From the NCBI GenBank assembly GCA_963779375.1, contig CAVZXW010000020.1, positions 38,762 through 102,761 on the forward strand: 64,000 bases of DNA. The letters run 5' to 3'. The DNA is from an uncultured Chloroflexia bacterium. Lineage in GTDB: Bacteria; Chloroflexota; Limnocylindria; Limnocylindrales; CSP1-4. The notes beneath the pieces are model-generated. The model was not told the DNA's origin. It worked only from the letters and a program-made list of their open reading frames with translations, and searched no databases. Within the stretch, counting starts at the first letter, position 1, and each line of letters begins with the position of its first letter. The translations under genes were made by a program, and so were the position numbers. Of the stretch, positions 10,129-19,802 are shown piece by piece.

Positions 10129-10161
10129 CATCGAGCCCCGCAGTCCCTGCGGGGCTCGATG
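10129..10161. terminator. Perfect 15-bp stem / 3-nt loop hairpin between convergent htrA and folB (no U-tract)
   Basis: catcgagccccgcag tcc ctgcggggctcgatg. The smaller palindromes ttgcccggcaa and ggcgcctggcgcc follow. Confidence 0.45.
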
Positions 10162-10206
10162 CCATTGCCCGGCAATCCACGCACGGCTCGGCGCCTGGCG
10201 CCACGC

Positions 10207-10572
10207 TCAGTCCTTCCGCGTCCGCCAGATCTCGACCTCGGCGTGCTCGATGCGGCCGCCCACCGGCACCCTGAGCTTCCGGACCCGGACGCCGACCTCG
10301 TTCACCGGGAGCACCCGGAGCAGCTCGTGGGCGATCCCCTCGGCCATCGCCTCGACGAGCTTGAAGTTGGTCGACTCGACGAGCTCGCGCGCGATCTCGA
10401 AGGCGCGGCCATAGTCGACGGTGCGCTCCAGGTCGTCCTCGACGCCGGCCGGCTGGAGGTTGAGCAGCAGCTCCACGTCCACCTCGAACGGCTGCGGCTG
10501 CGCGCGCTCCTCCTCCGTGTACCCGTGGCGCCCCTGGAACTCCATGCGGCGCAGCACGATCCGATCGGTCAA
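10207..10572 (-). CDS. folB: Dihydroneopterin aldolase
   Basis: Last 121 aa of ORF 10207..12162: LTDRIVLRRMEFQGRHGYTEEERAQPQPFEVDVEL. The TTG start overlaps the folP stop (TTGA). Confidence 0.88.
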   Translation of the reverse strand: MTDRIVLRRMEFQGRHGYTEEERAQPQPFEVDVELLLNLQPAGVEDDLERTVDYGRAFEIARELVESTNFKLVEAMAEGIAHELLRVLPVNEVGVRVRKLRVPVGGRIEHAEVEIWRTRKD

Positions 10573-11558
10573 ACCCGAGCCTCCTCTTCGAGCCGCACGA
10601 TCGCGTCGCACATCCGCGCAACACGGGCGTTCGGCAGCACGTCGTGCACGCGCACGATGTCCACCCCGGCGGCGATCCCCAGCGCCGTCGTGGCCAGCGT
10701 TCCCTCGAGCCGCTCGTCCGGCGGAAGCCCGCCGAGCACGCGGCCGATCGTCGACTTGCGGCTGGTGCCCAGCAGGACCGGACGTCCCAGCGCGGAGAGC
10801 TCCGCCAGGTCGCGCAGCAGGACCAGGTTGTGTTCCATCGTCTTGCCGAAGCCGATGCCGGGATCCACCACGATCGAATCCCACGGCACACCGGCCGCCA
10901 TCGCCCGGTCCAGGCCGCGCTGCAGGTCCGCGACCACCTCGCGGACGACGTCGACGTACCGCGCCTCCCCGCGGTTGTGCATCAGCACGTACGCCGCTCC
11001 GCGGTCCGCGGCGAGACGGGGCAGCGCATCGGACGATCCCGTGCCCCAGACGTCGTTGACGCAGGCCGCGCCCGCGTCGAGCGCGGCCGCGGCGACGGCG
11101 GGTTTCGTGGTGTCCACGCTGATCGGGGTGTCGGGCAACGCCGCGCGGAGTGCCCGGATGACCGGCACCACGCGGGCGAGCTCCTCGGCGTCGTCCACGG
11201 GCGCGTGTCCCGGTCGCGTCGATTCGCCGCCGACGTCGAGGATGTCGGCGCCCTCGTCCACCATGCGACGCGCCCGGGCGAGGGCACGTTCGACGGTCTC
11301 GCCGACCGAGCCGGACGCGGCCCCGTTGGCGCCCGCGGCGCCTGGCGCAGCGCCGGCAACCCCGGGCCCCGCAGCCCCGGGCCGGGCGGCCCCGGGGGCG
11401 GCACCCATGACGCCGGGCCGGGCGCTGCCTCCCGGCAGGAGCCCGTCGCCGCTGAACGAATCCGGGGTCACGTTCACGATCCCCATCAGGTAGGTCCGCC
11501 GTCCCCACGCGAACGTCGCGGGACCGATTCGCGTCACGCCCCGGGCGGCCGTCGTCAT
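10569..11558 (-). CDS. folP: Dihydropteroate synthase with a ~45-aa Ala/Gly/Pro-rich insertion
   Basis: Last 329 aa of ORF 10569..12980: GIVNVTPDSFSGDG, DILDVGGESTRPG, VDPGIGFGKT, GTSRKS. ATG 11558 overlaps the folC stop (ATGA). Confidence 0.92.
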   Translation of the reverse strand: MTTAARGVTRIGPATFAWGRRTYLMGIVNVTPDSFSGDGLLPGGSARPGVMGAAPGAARPGAAGPGVAGAAPGAAGANGAASGSVGETVERALARARRMVDEGADILDVGGESTRPGHAPVDDAEELARVVPVIRALRAALPDTPISVDTTKPAVAAAALDAGAACVNDVWGTGSSDALPRLAADRGAAYVLMHNRGEARYVDVVREVVADLQRGLDRAMAAGVPWDSIVVDPGIGFGKTMEHNLVLLRDLAELSALGRPVLLGTSRKSTIGRVLGGLPPDERLEGTLATTALGIAAGVDIVRVHDVLPNARVARMCDAIVRLEEEARV

Positions 11559-13003
11559 CGCACGAGCCCCCGTGCCGCCAGCGCCCCACGTACCGCGCCG
11601 ACGAGGTAGAGCGAGCCCGCCACGACGAGCGGGCCTCCCTCGCGCGCGGCGGTTCCGAGGGCCGTGTCGAACGCCTCGGCCGCGTCGCCCGACATGGCAT
11701 CCACGGGCACCGCCCTGCCCGGGCCGGCCCTCGGCGTGTCGTCGGCGCTCGCGCGCGACGCGACGAACCGGGCCGCCAGCTCCGTCGCCTCGAGGCCACG
11801 GACGCCGATGCGGACGGTGACGAGGCGGGCGCCGCGCAGGACCGGACTGGAGGCGAGCAGGTGCAGCATCGTGTCGACGTCCTTGTCCCGCATGATGCCG
11901 AGCAGCACCGTGATCGGGCCCGCGGCCAGCCAGGGCCGCAGCTCGGCGAGCGCGGACAGAAGCGCGCGGACGCCGTCGGGATTGTGGGCCCCGTCCAGCA
12001 GCACGTCCACCGGACCGCGGTCGTGCGACACCGGCACCTGCACCAACTCGAGGCGACCCGGCCAGCGGGCGCGTTCGAGACCGTCGCGGCGTGCCGTGGC
12101 GGGAACGCGGGCGATGCCGGCCTCTTCGAGCGCGTCCACGACGCCCAGGGCCACGGCGGCATTCGCCGCCTGGTGCCGTCCGAGCAGCCCGACGCGCACC
12201 TTGCCGATCCCGGGCACCTGGACCAGCGTCCCCTCGCGATCCATCCCGAGCACCGCCAGCGGCGCCGTCTCGGTGAGGGGCACCCCCAGGCGACGGGCCC
12301 GGCGCCGCACGACCGCCAGCGCCTCGCCGGTGGCTCCGGTCACGGCCCGGTCGCCGCGCTTGAGGATCGCGGCCTTCTCGCGGGCGATCAGCGGGACGGT
12401 GCCGCCCAGGATCTCGGCGTGGTCCATGGCGACGTTCGTGACCGCCGCAACGCCTCCGTCCCACGCGTTGGTGGCGTCGAGCCGGCCGCCCAGCCCGACC
12501 TCGACCACGGCGAGGTCCACGTGCCGCTCGGCGAACCATGCGAACGCGGCCGCCGTGACCAGCTCGAACTCCGTGGCCGGGCCCAGGCGACGAGGCAGGC
12601 CTTCGCTCGCGGAAAGGACACGGGACACGAGCGCGGCCATGTCGTCGGCTGCGATCGGCTCGCCGCCGACCACGATCCGCTCGCGGTACTCCGCGAGGTG
12701 CGGCTTCGGCGCCTGGCCGACGCACAGGCCCGCGGAGGCCAGCATGGCCGACACGAGCGCCTGGACGCTTCCCTTGCCATTCGTGCCGGCAATGAGTGCG
12801 CCACGGACCCCGGCCTGCGGCTGGCCCAGCTCCTCGAGCAGGGCCCTCGTGCGTCCAAGGCCGAGACGGATGCCGAAGCGGCCCCGGGCGACGAGGGCCC
12901 CGACCGCGGCTGGATACGTGAGCGTGACCGATTCGAGCGTGACCGATCCGGGCGTGATCGACGACAGCGGGGGCGCGCACGGCGCGCGATCCGGGAGGGG
13001 CAC
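11555..13003 (-). CDS. folC: Folylpolyglutamate synthase / dihydrofolate synthase
   Basis: Intact 482-aa ORF. P-loop IAGTNGKGS, LEVGLGGRLDATN, DGAHNPDG. Confidence 0.92.
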   Translation of the reverse strand: MPLPDRAPCAPPLSSITPGSVTLESVTLTYPAAVGALVARGRFGIRLGLGRTRALLEELGQPQAGVRGALIAGTNGKGSVQALVSAMLASAGLCVGQAPKPHLAEYRERIVVGGEPIAADDMAALVSRVLSASEGLPRRLGPATEFELVTAAAFAWFAERHVDLAVVEVGLGGRLDATNAWDGGVAAVTNVAMDHAEILGGTVPLIAREKAAILKRGDRAVTGATGEALAVVRRRARRLGVPLTETAPLAVLGMDREGTLVQVPGIGKVRVGLLGRHQAANAAVALGVVDALEEAGIARVPATARRDGLERARWPGRLELVQVPVSHDRGPVDVLLDGAHNPDGVRALLSALAELRPWLAAGPITVLLGIMRDKDVDTMLHLLASSPVLRGARLVTVRIGVRGLEATELAARFVASRASADDTPRAGPGRAVPVDAMSGDAAEAFDTALGTAAREGGPLVVAGSLYLVGAVRGALAARGLVR

Positions 13004-13004
13004 G

Positions 13005-13247
13005 TCAATCCCCGCGGGTCAGCTCGTCCTCGTAGAAGACGCACTGGTTGAACCGTGCGGCGAGGCAGACGTCCGCGACGTACCCCTGTTCGAGGTGGAC
13101 GCCTCCGCGCAGCTGGCAGCGCGAGACGGTCGTGTCCTGCCTGGACAGTGCCTTGAGGAGATGCGGCGCATGCACGGGCAGCGCGCCCCGCGTGCCGGTC
13201 ATGTAGAAGTGCGGGCAGACGTTCCGGCGGAGATTGACGAATCCCAT
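13005..13247 (-). CDS. Small Cys/His-rich hypothetical protein immediately upstream of folC
   Basis: Last 80 aa of ORF 13005..13955 (MGFVNLRRNVCPHFY...CQLRGG...VCLAARFNQCVFYEDE). High GC3. The stop is 1 nt from the folC GTG. No family recognised; the start could be further upstream. Confidence 0.5.
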   Translation of the reverse strand: MGFVNLRRNVCPHFYMTGTRGALPVHAPHLLKALSRQDTTVSRCQLRGGVHLEQGYVADVCLAARFNQCVFYEDELTRGD

Positions 13248-13599
13248 CGGGCGCCGCTCGCCCGGAAGTGGCGCCCGGCCGTGCAGCGCTCCAGAGCCCC
13301 CGGCGTTGGGCGCGACCATGACGCGTGCCCGGGGACGTGCGCCCGGCGAGGCCATCGAGGCCGACGAAGGTGCGGGCGACTCGGATCGTCGCACCAGCGA
13401 TGGCGCAGGCCTGCGCGCCGGACGTTCCACTTCCTCTCCTGGCTGGGCTCGGGCCGGACCCCTGCCTTGCCGGTAGCGTACACCAGTACCGGTGCGACCA
13501 TGGCCGCTTGGTACGGGCCCGAGGCTCGCACGACCACGTTCGGCGGACTGGTCAAACCCGGGGAGGACCGCACGTCCGCGGCGTGCGAGAATCCTCCCG

Positions 13600-14784
13600 A
13601 TGGCCGACCGACCGAACCGGGACAGACCGCTCGCGCCCCAGCCGCGGCGCACCCGGCCCAGGGTGACCCGCCGGCCACCCGTCAGCGGCCGATACCGGTC
13701 TCCGTCGCCACCGTCGGCGCGACGGGCACCGGGCGAAGGGGCGGGACTTCCATGGCCGGCGCGGCTGGTCCTCGTCGTCGCGATCCTGGCGCTGGGCGGG
13801 TCGGTGCTGCTGGTGGCCTCGGGCATGCTCGACTCGGCCGTGACGAGTTTCGGGCACACGATCCAGGACGTGTTCGGGGCCGTGACGGGCCCGAGTGCGA
13901 CGCCGAGCGTGACGGTCGCGGCCCACCCGTCCGCCCCCCACCTGGTGGCGCCCACGAACGACTACACGAACCACCCCGCCTGGGACGTGAGCGGATTCGC
14001 ACCGTCGTCCGAGGTCGGGACCGGCTACTCCGTGCGCGTCTACGTCAACGGGCACGTGGCCAGCGAGCAGCAGCTCGGGCCGACTGCCGATTTCACGGTG
14101 CCCGCGGTCCCCATTCCCAAGGGCCGTTCCAGCATCACGGCGACGATCGTGGGGCCCGGCGGCGAGAGCGTGCAGAGCACGCCGATCAGCGTCGTGTTCG
14201 ACGCGGTGCCGCCGGCGGTCGTGCTGTCGGGGCCGACCGATGGGGCCGTCGTCAACGGCGGGACGGTGACGGTGGCCGGACGGACGCAGACCGGCTCCAC
14301 TGTCGTCGTCCGCAACGACAACACGCGCAGGACCACGACGGCCGTGGCCACGAACGCCCTCTTCTCCATCCCGGTCGCGCTCGGCCCGGGCACGAACGAC
14401 CTCACGGTGACCGCGACCGACCCGGCCGGGAACACGACCACCAAGACGGTAAAGGTGATCGGCGGCAGCGGGCAGACGACGGTGAGCCTCCGCCTGTCGA
14501 ACTCCCGGCTCGCGCTGACCGGCCTGCCCAGGCAGATCACGATGTATGTCTCGGTCCTCGACCCGGACGGCGCCCCGATCGACGGCGCCCAGGTTGCCTT
14601 CACGCTGCAGGTCAGCGGCCTCGCACCCGTGACGTTCGAGGGGACGACCGCGGGCGGGCAGGCGTCCTGGTCGACGACGATCCCCAAGGACGGAGTGGTG
14701 ACCGGCAACAGCCTGGTCACCGTGCTGGTCACGCTGCCGGACGGCAAGCAGCTCACGAAGACGGCCGCGTTCCTGATCAACTGA
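13600..14784 (+). CDS. Membrane-anchored protein with tandem bacterial Ig-like domains
   Basis: ORF 13492..14784 trimmed to ATG 13600. Basic N-tail, one TM (LVLVVAILALGGSVLLVA), then beta-rich repeats such as VTVAGRTQTGSTVVV and TVTATDPAGNTTTKTV. Confidence 0.75.
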   Translation: MADRPNRDRPLAPQPRRTRPRVTRRPPVSGRYRSPSPPSARRAPGEGAGLPWPARLVLVVAILALGGSVLLVASGMLDSAVTSFGHTIQDVFGAVTGPSATPSVTVAAHPSAPHLVAPTNDYTNHPAWDVSGFAPSSEVGTGYSVRVYVNGHVASEQQLGPTADFTVPAVPIPKGRSSITATIVGPGGESVQSTPISVVFDAVPPAVVLSGPTDGAVVNGGTVTVAGRTQTGSTVVVRNDNTRRTTTAVATNALFSIPVALGPGTNDLTVTATDPAGNTTTKTVKVIGGSGQTTVSLRLSNSRLALTGLPRQITMYVSVLDPDGAPIDGAQVAFTLQVSGLAPVTFEGTTAGGQASWSTTIPKDGVVTGNSLVTVLVTLPDGKQLTKTAAFLIN

Positions 14785-14844
14785 TCGGCGCCGTCAACTG
14801 ATCGGCGCCGACGCATCCCCGGCCGCCGCCGGGCGCCCGGACCG

Positions 14845-15105
14845 TCAGAGGCCCGCCGCGGGGCTCCCGAATCCGAACAGACCGTCGGGTTCCGCGTCCC
14901 CCGACACCCAGCAGGCCCGCAGCTCGTCGCCCCGCAACGGCGCACGGTGTGCGTCCAGCCCGCAGTACCCGAGCTTGCCCGCGATGGAGCGACGGAACCA
15001 GCGGCAGGTCGAGCACGTGGTCGAGGAGCGGGCACAGACCCAGCAGAGGGCGGACTCCGGCTGCGGTGTCGAGCAGTGCGGACAGCGCCAGGTCGCCACG
15101 TCCAC
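14845..15105 (-). CDS. Small Cys-rich (three CxxC) hypothetical protein downstream of the PASTA kinase
   Basis: Tail of ORF 14845..16992: VDVATWRCPHC...CWVC...CSTC...C...C. GTG 15105. No family recognised. Confidence 0.45.
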   Translation of the reverse strand: MDVATWRCPHCSTPQPESALCWVCARSSTTCSTCRWFRRSIAGKLGYCGLDAHRAPLRGDELRACWVSGDAEPDGLFGFGSPAAGL

Positions 15106-15227
15106 AGTGTAGCTGCGCGGCCCGCTCGCGGGAATGCCCGCGCGAGACGGAATCTGCCGTCCGGCATACGCCGGCGGCGGGCACGCCGCGGCGATGGCTC
15201 CCGTGCCAGCGGCGCCGGGGTCGGCGA

Positions 15228-16992
15228 TCAGGACGGGAGCGGCGAGGGCGTCGGCGGCTCGACGGTCGGCGGCGGGACCGTGGGCGGTGGCTCCGTCGGC
15301 GGCGGGACCGTGGGCGGCGGCGTCGGTGGCGCCGTGATCACGGGCGTCGGCGAGGGCGGGGTCGGCGAGGGTCCGCTGGACACGTTGAGGGTGATGGCGG
15401 TCCCCGCCGGGACCTGGTAGCCGGACACCGGGGTCGTGCTGACGACCTCGCCGGCGGGGATGTTCTGGTCGGCCACCTGGACGACCGGCCCGGGGACCAG
15501 GCCGTTCTGCGCGAGGATGGCGCCCGCGTCGACGAGCGACTTGCCGCGCAGATCGGGGACCGTGGGGTTCTGCGCGACGGCCTGCAGCGTCACCGTGATG
15601 GCGGAGCCGTGAGGCGCCTGGACTCCCGCGAGCGGGAACTGGCTGGCGACGGTCGCGACGGCAGACGAGCCGGGCGCGGCACCGGAGATGGTGATCGTGA
15701 AGCCCTGCGCCGCCGCCGCCTGCTGCGCCGCCGCGAGGCGCATCCCGATGACGCTGGGCACCTGCGCCGTTGTCACGCCAGGCGACTGGGACGCGAAGAA
15801 CCCCCGAGATGCGAGCAGCGCGATGCCGCCCACGGCGAGAAGGAGGATGACGACCGCCAGCAGGCCGGCGGCCCAGGCCCAGCCCGAGCCGAATCCTCGT
15901 TCCGCCGGCTCCGGCTCGATGGGTGCGCCGCCGACCGGGGTGTACGGCCGCGGTGCGTACGTCCCCGGGGCATAGGAGCCCGGGCCGGGACGGGCAACGC
16001 CCGGCCGAACTCCAGTCACCGAACCTCCTGGCACGATGCCCGCCGGTCGGTCCGGGCCGGCCCCCGGCAGCCCGTCCGCACCCGATGCCAGCTGGCGCGG
16101 CGTCTCGCCGGCCGCCTCCATCGCCGCGGCGGCTCCCGCCGTCGGTCCGAGGCGGGCAGGGGCGGCCGGGTCGGCAAGGAAGGAGCCCAGCGCGGCCGCC
16201 ATGGTCGCGGCCGACGCGAAGCGGTCCTGTGGATCGAGCGCCAGGGCGCGTCCCACGATCGCGTCGAGCGCGGGCGGCACGTCGGCGCGGAAGGTCGAGG
16301 GATGCGGGGGCGGGTTCCCCAGGCGTGCGAGGGCGACCGCGCCCGCCGTGTCGCCCGTCCACGCCCGCCTGCCGGTGAGCATCTCGAACAGCACCAGCCC
16401 CAGTGAATAGACGTCGCTCCCCGCCGTGACCGGCTCGCCGCGGGCCTGTTCCGGGCTGAAGTAGTGGACGCTGCCGAGCGTGGTCCCCGGGAGCGTGAGC
16501 TGTGCCTCGACGAGCGCCCGGGCGATACCGAAGTCGACGACCTTCGCCCGCCCGCCGCCTGTCAGCAGGATGTTCGACGGCTTGATGTCGCGGTGGACGA
16601 TGCCCCGCGCGTGCGCGACCTACAGCCCCTCCGCGATCTGCTGGGCGATGCCCGCGGCGGCGAGCGGCGGGAGGAACCCGCGGTCGTGGAGGATCTCGGC
16701 GAGGTTCTCGCCGGCGACCAGCTCCATGACGATGAATGGACCGGCCTCGTCGGTCCCGTAGTCGAAGACGTTGACGACGTTCGGGTGGTTCAGCGATCGC
16801 GGCCGACTGCGCCTCCTGGCGGAAGCGCGCCATGAAGCCGGCATCGCGGCCGTACTGCGGGCGAAGCAGCTTGACGGCGACGTCCCGGTCCAGCTGGTTG
16901 TCGTGAGCACGGTAGATGGTCGCCATGCCGCCCTCACCGAGCAGCTCGATGAGGCGGTAGCGACCGCCGAGGATGCGTCCGACTTCGGCCAT
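15228..16992 (-). pseudogene. PknB-like Ser/Thr protein kinase with 2 PASTA domains and a Pro/Thr tail; one +1 frameshift and one in-frame TAG
   Basis: N-terminus GEGGMATIYRA..VAVKLL in the frame of ORF 14845..16992. An extra base near 16798 shifts to the frame of ORFs 16620..16937 and 15228..16394. TAG at 16620-16622 sits between QQIAEGL and [19 protein letters not shown]. DFG, a TM segment and PASTA repeats follow. Confidence 0.9.
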
Positions 16993-17069
16993 CAGTTCAT
17001 CCTCGATCGGTCAGCCCGGGTCGGCCACACGGCCGCCCTCGGGCATGTCTCCCTCGCGACGCAGGTCGG

Positions 17070-17952
17070 CTACCCCGCCAGGTCCAGCCCGGCCAGGTAA
17101 CTCCGGAACTCGGGGCCGATGTCGGGACGCTGGAGCGCAAGCTCCACCGAGGCCTTCAGCCAGCCCATGGTCGTGCCGGCGTCGTACCGCTACGCCATCG
17201 AACGCGTACCCGTACACGTCCTGCTCGGCCATGAGCGCTCTGGATCGCGTCGGTGAGCTGGATCTCGCCGCCGGCGCCGCGCTGCGTCTGTTCGAGCTTC
17301 TCGAAGATCTTGGGCGTGAGCACGTACCGGCCGATGATCGCCAGGTTGGACGGCGCGCTCCCGGCCTCCGGCTTCTCGACGAGGCCGCGCAGCTTGTACA
17401 GCCGCGGGTCGCCCGTGTCCGCGCCCGGATCCGGGTCGATCACGCCGTAGCGTTCGGTATCGTCGGGCGGGACTTCCATGACGGCCACCACCGAGGCGTG
17501 GGTGCGCTCGTACGCGTCGATCAGCTGGCCCATGCAGGGCTGCTCCCCGATCACGACGTCGTCCGACAGGATCACCGCGAACGGCTCGTGGCCGACCAGC
17601 TCCTTCGCCACAGCACGGCGTGTCCCAGGCCGAGCTGCTCCTTCTGGCGGACGTAGCTGATCTGCGCCATGTCGCCGATCTGGCGGATCCGGCGGAGCAT
17701 GTCGATGTCGCCCTTCTCCTCGAGCAGATGCTCGAGCTCGTAGGAGATGTCGAAGTGGTCCTCGATGGCCCGCTTCTGGCTGCTCGTGACGATGATGACC
17801 TGCTCGATGCCGGCGGCGACCGCCTCCTCGACGGCGTACTGGATCACCGGCTTGTCGACGAGCGGCAGCATCTCCTTGGGCTGCGCCTTGGTCGCTGGCA
17901 GGAACCGCGTGCCCCAGCCCGCAGCCGGGAAGACAGCTTTGCGAACGCGCAT
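17070..17952 (-). pseudogene. galU: UTP-glucose-1-phosphate uridylyltransferase; three frame changes
   Basis: [24 protein letters not shown]... runs to GLGHAVL, then a -1 near 17620. [17 protein letters not shown]...IQLTDAIQ is followed by a shift near 17235. MAEQDVYGYAFDG is followed by a shift near 17195. RYDAGTTMGWLKASVELAL then runs to the stop at 17070. Confidence 0.88.
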
Positions 17953-18137
17953 GAGACTCCCGGTGGTGTGACGTCGGGCGCCGGCGACCGCGGGACGGTG
18001 AGGGCCTCGGCGCGATCGCCAGTATACCGGCCGCCCATGCCCCCGGCCGTTGCGCGCGCCGGCGCATCGTTGCGGCGACCCGGCGATCGTCGCGCTCCGG
18101 CGATCGCTGCGCCCGGCGATCGTCGCGCCGCGGCGCC

Positions 18138-18320
18138 GGCGTCCCTGCCGCCGGACCACCGCGCAGGAACCCGGGGCCTGTTACACGGCGCTCCGGCGCC
18201 GGCGGTCCCTGCCGCCGGACCACTCCGCAGGAACCCGGGGCCTGTTACAGCGGCGCTTCCGCCGGCGTCCCTGCCGCCGAACCACTCCGCAGGAACCCGG
18301 GGCCTGTTGAGCGACCCGCC
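18138..18320. repeat. 63-nt x3 intergenic tandem repeat, each unit containing an imperfect hairpin
   Basis: Unit ggcgtccctgccgccggaccacYScgcaggaacccggggcctgttaca... (63, 63, 57 nt). Arms are ggtccctgc / gcaggaacc. It is preceded by three ccggcgatcgtcgcgc motifs at 18079-18130. Confidence 0.85.
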
Positions 18321-18711
18321 GACGGCGGACGTGATCCGCCGGAGCCCGGCGCTACCCGAGCCACGCTCGTCGAGGCCCGGTGGATGGGCTGCCGGACCTC
18401 GTCCCGGCGCGCAGGGCCGGCGGCGAAACGCATATCAGGCTGGGGGCTCCTGTCCAGCGGCAGGACGGACAGCCCGGAGCCTGCCGTGACCCGGCCGCGT
18501 GCCTGCCGCAGGCCGGACGCGCCCGGGCACGGCCAGCCGGATCGCGAGTGCAGATCGCAACGAGCGGGTCGCCCTCCCACATCCGGGCCGCCCGACGAGA
18601 CGCCCGACGCCGATCTCGCCTACGTCCGGTCGACCCGGAGGGTCGTGTGCCCGGTCCGGTTGTCGAGGTCCGCGGCCCCGACCCGGCCCGGCCGCGGCCG
18701 CGGCCGCGAGA

Positions 18712-19801
18712 TCAGTGGGCGGCGCCGGCCGGTGCCCCGCCCCCCTGCCGGTCGTCGCCGATCGCGTGCTCCACGCGCCCGTGGAACAGCACGATGCCCG
18801 TGAACGGCACGCGGATGTCGGCGAAGACCTCGATCGAGACGAGGAAGCCGGCGAAGATGAAGACGATCGCCAGGAAGTGGCCGAGCTCGCGGAGCCCCGT
18901 GTCGCCGAACCGGCTGGCGCTGTCCGTCACGGTCGGGATGAACGCCCCGATGGCGATCAGGATCGTGGACGGCACCCGGCTGTGCAGGTGGCCCGAGAGC
19001 AGGGCCCGAACGGCACCGGGCAGCGACGCGACCAGGTTCACGGCGATTGCAAACGGCGAGATCAGCAGGTTGAACAGGAACTGGTCACCGGACTGCGAGG
19101 GGTCCAGCGAATAGGGAAGCACGCGGCGCTTCGGCATGAACACGTACGTCGAGAAGATGGCGCCCAGCAGCAGCGAGAAGGCACCGGTGACGTTCATGTA
19201 GGGCGTGAGCAGGCGGAGCGTCCCCGGCAGCAGGTCGAAGAGCGGCTGGTGGGATGTGGGATCGAGGCTCGTAACCGGGAGCGGGCAGCGCGGTCGTGAG
19301 CATCAGCACCAGGCTGAGCAGCGTCGCGCCTGCGACCGCGACGGTCGCGTAGACCGGCCAGCGGTGGCTCTCGAAGTAGGTCGCCACAGCGACACCGATC
19401 GCCAGCGCAGCTGCCGCCGCGAAGTACAGTCCCGGGGCGAGGCCCGAGTTCGGATAGTGGTACTTCGCGTCGGTGAGGAACGTGAACAGCCCCGCGAGGA
19501 ACAGGCTCGCCGCGAACGCGTACCCGAAGCGCGTGCGCGCGAGCAGGAACGCGGTGCCCAGCCCGAGCCACGCCACCGACCACACGGCACCGGTGAGGTA
19601 GTACGTGCGATAGAGCGCCTCGTTCCAGCCGCCGGCGGCCGCGACGGCTTCGCAGCCTGCCGCGATGCCGTAGAAGAGCATCCCCAGCGCCCACACGAGC
19701 TGGAACGTGCGTCGCCGCGACCGGTACTGGTCGAGCAGGGCGACCGCGAACACGAGCCCGATGATCGACGTCGCCGCCGCCAGCAGCACGGACATGCTCA
19801 C
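18712..19801 (-). pseudogene. Polytopic membrane protein of unknown function; one frameshift near 19215-19300
   Basis: N-part (MSVLLAAATSIIGLVFAVALL...LMLTTALP) lies in the frame of ORF 19085..20122. C-part (LLPGTLRLLTPYMNVTGAFSLLLGAIF...) lies in the frame of ORF 18712..19197. AAGGAG is present upstream. Confidence 0.6.
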
Positions 19802-19802
19802 T

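Noticed and set aside
13248-13599. Possible ZTP (pfl) or THF riboswitch in the leader of the folate operon, suggested by a GGTCGTG heptamer and a GGTG-N6-ACCGG motif.
   Set aside because: The invariant ZTP elements (GACTGGCG and CCGCCTGGGC) and the THF core are absent. The similarity is limited to short GC-rich strings expected by chance at 72% GC.
16620-16622. In-frame TAG, or the many frameshifts, as signs of stop-codon recoding or programmed ribosomal frameshifting.
   Set aside because: TAG and TGA are used as normal stops throughout the window. There are no slippery heptamers or downstream structures at the junctions. The junctions are too many and too irregular (up to 3 within 55 nt) to be programmed.
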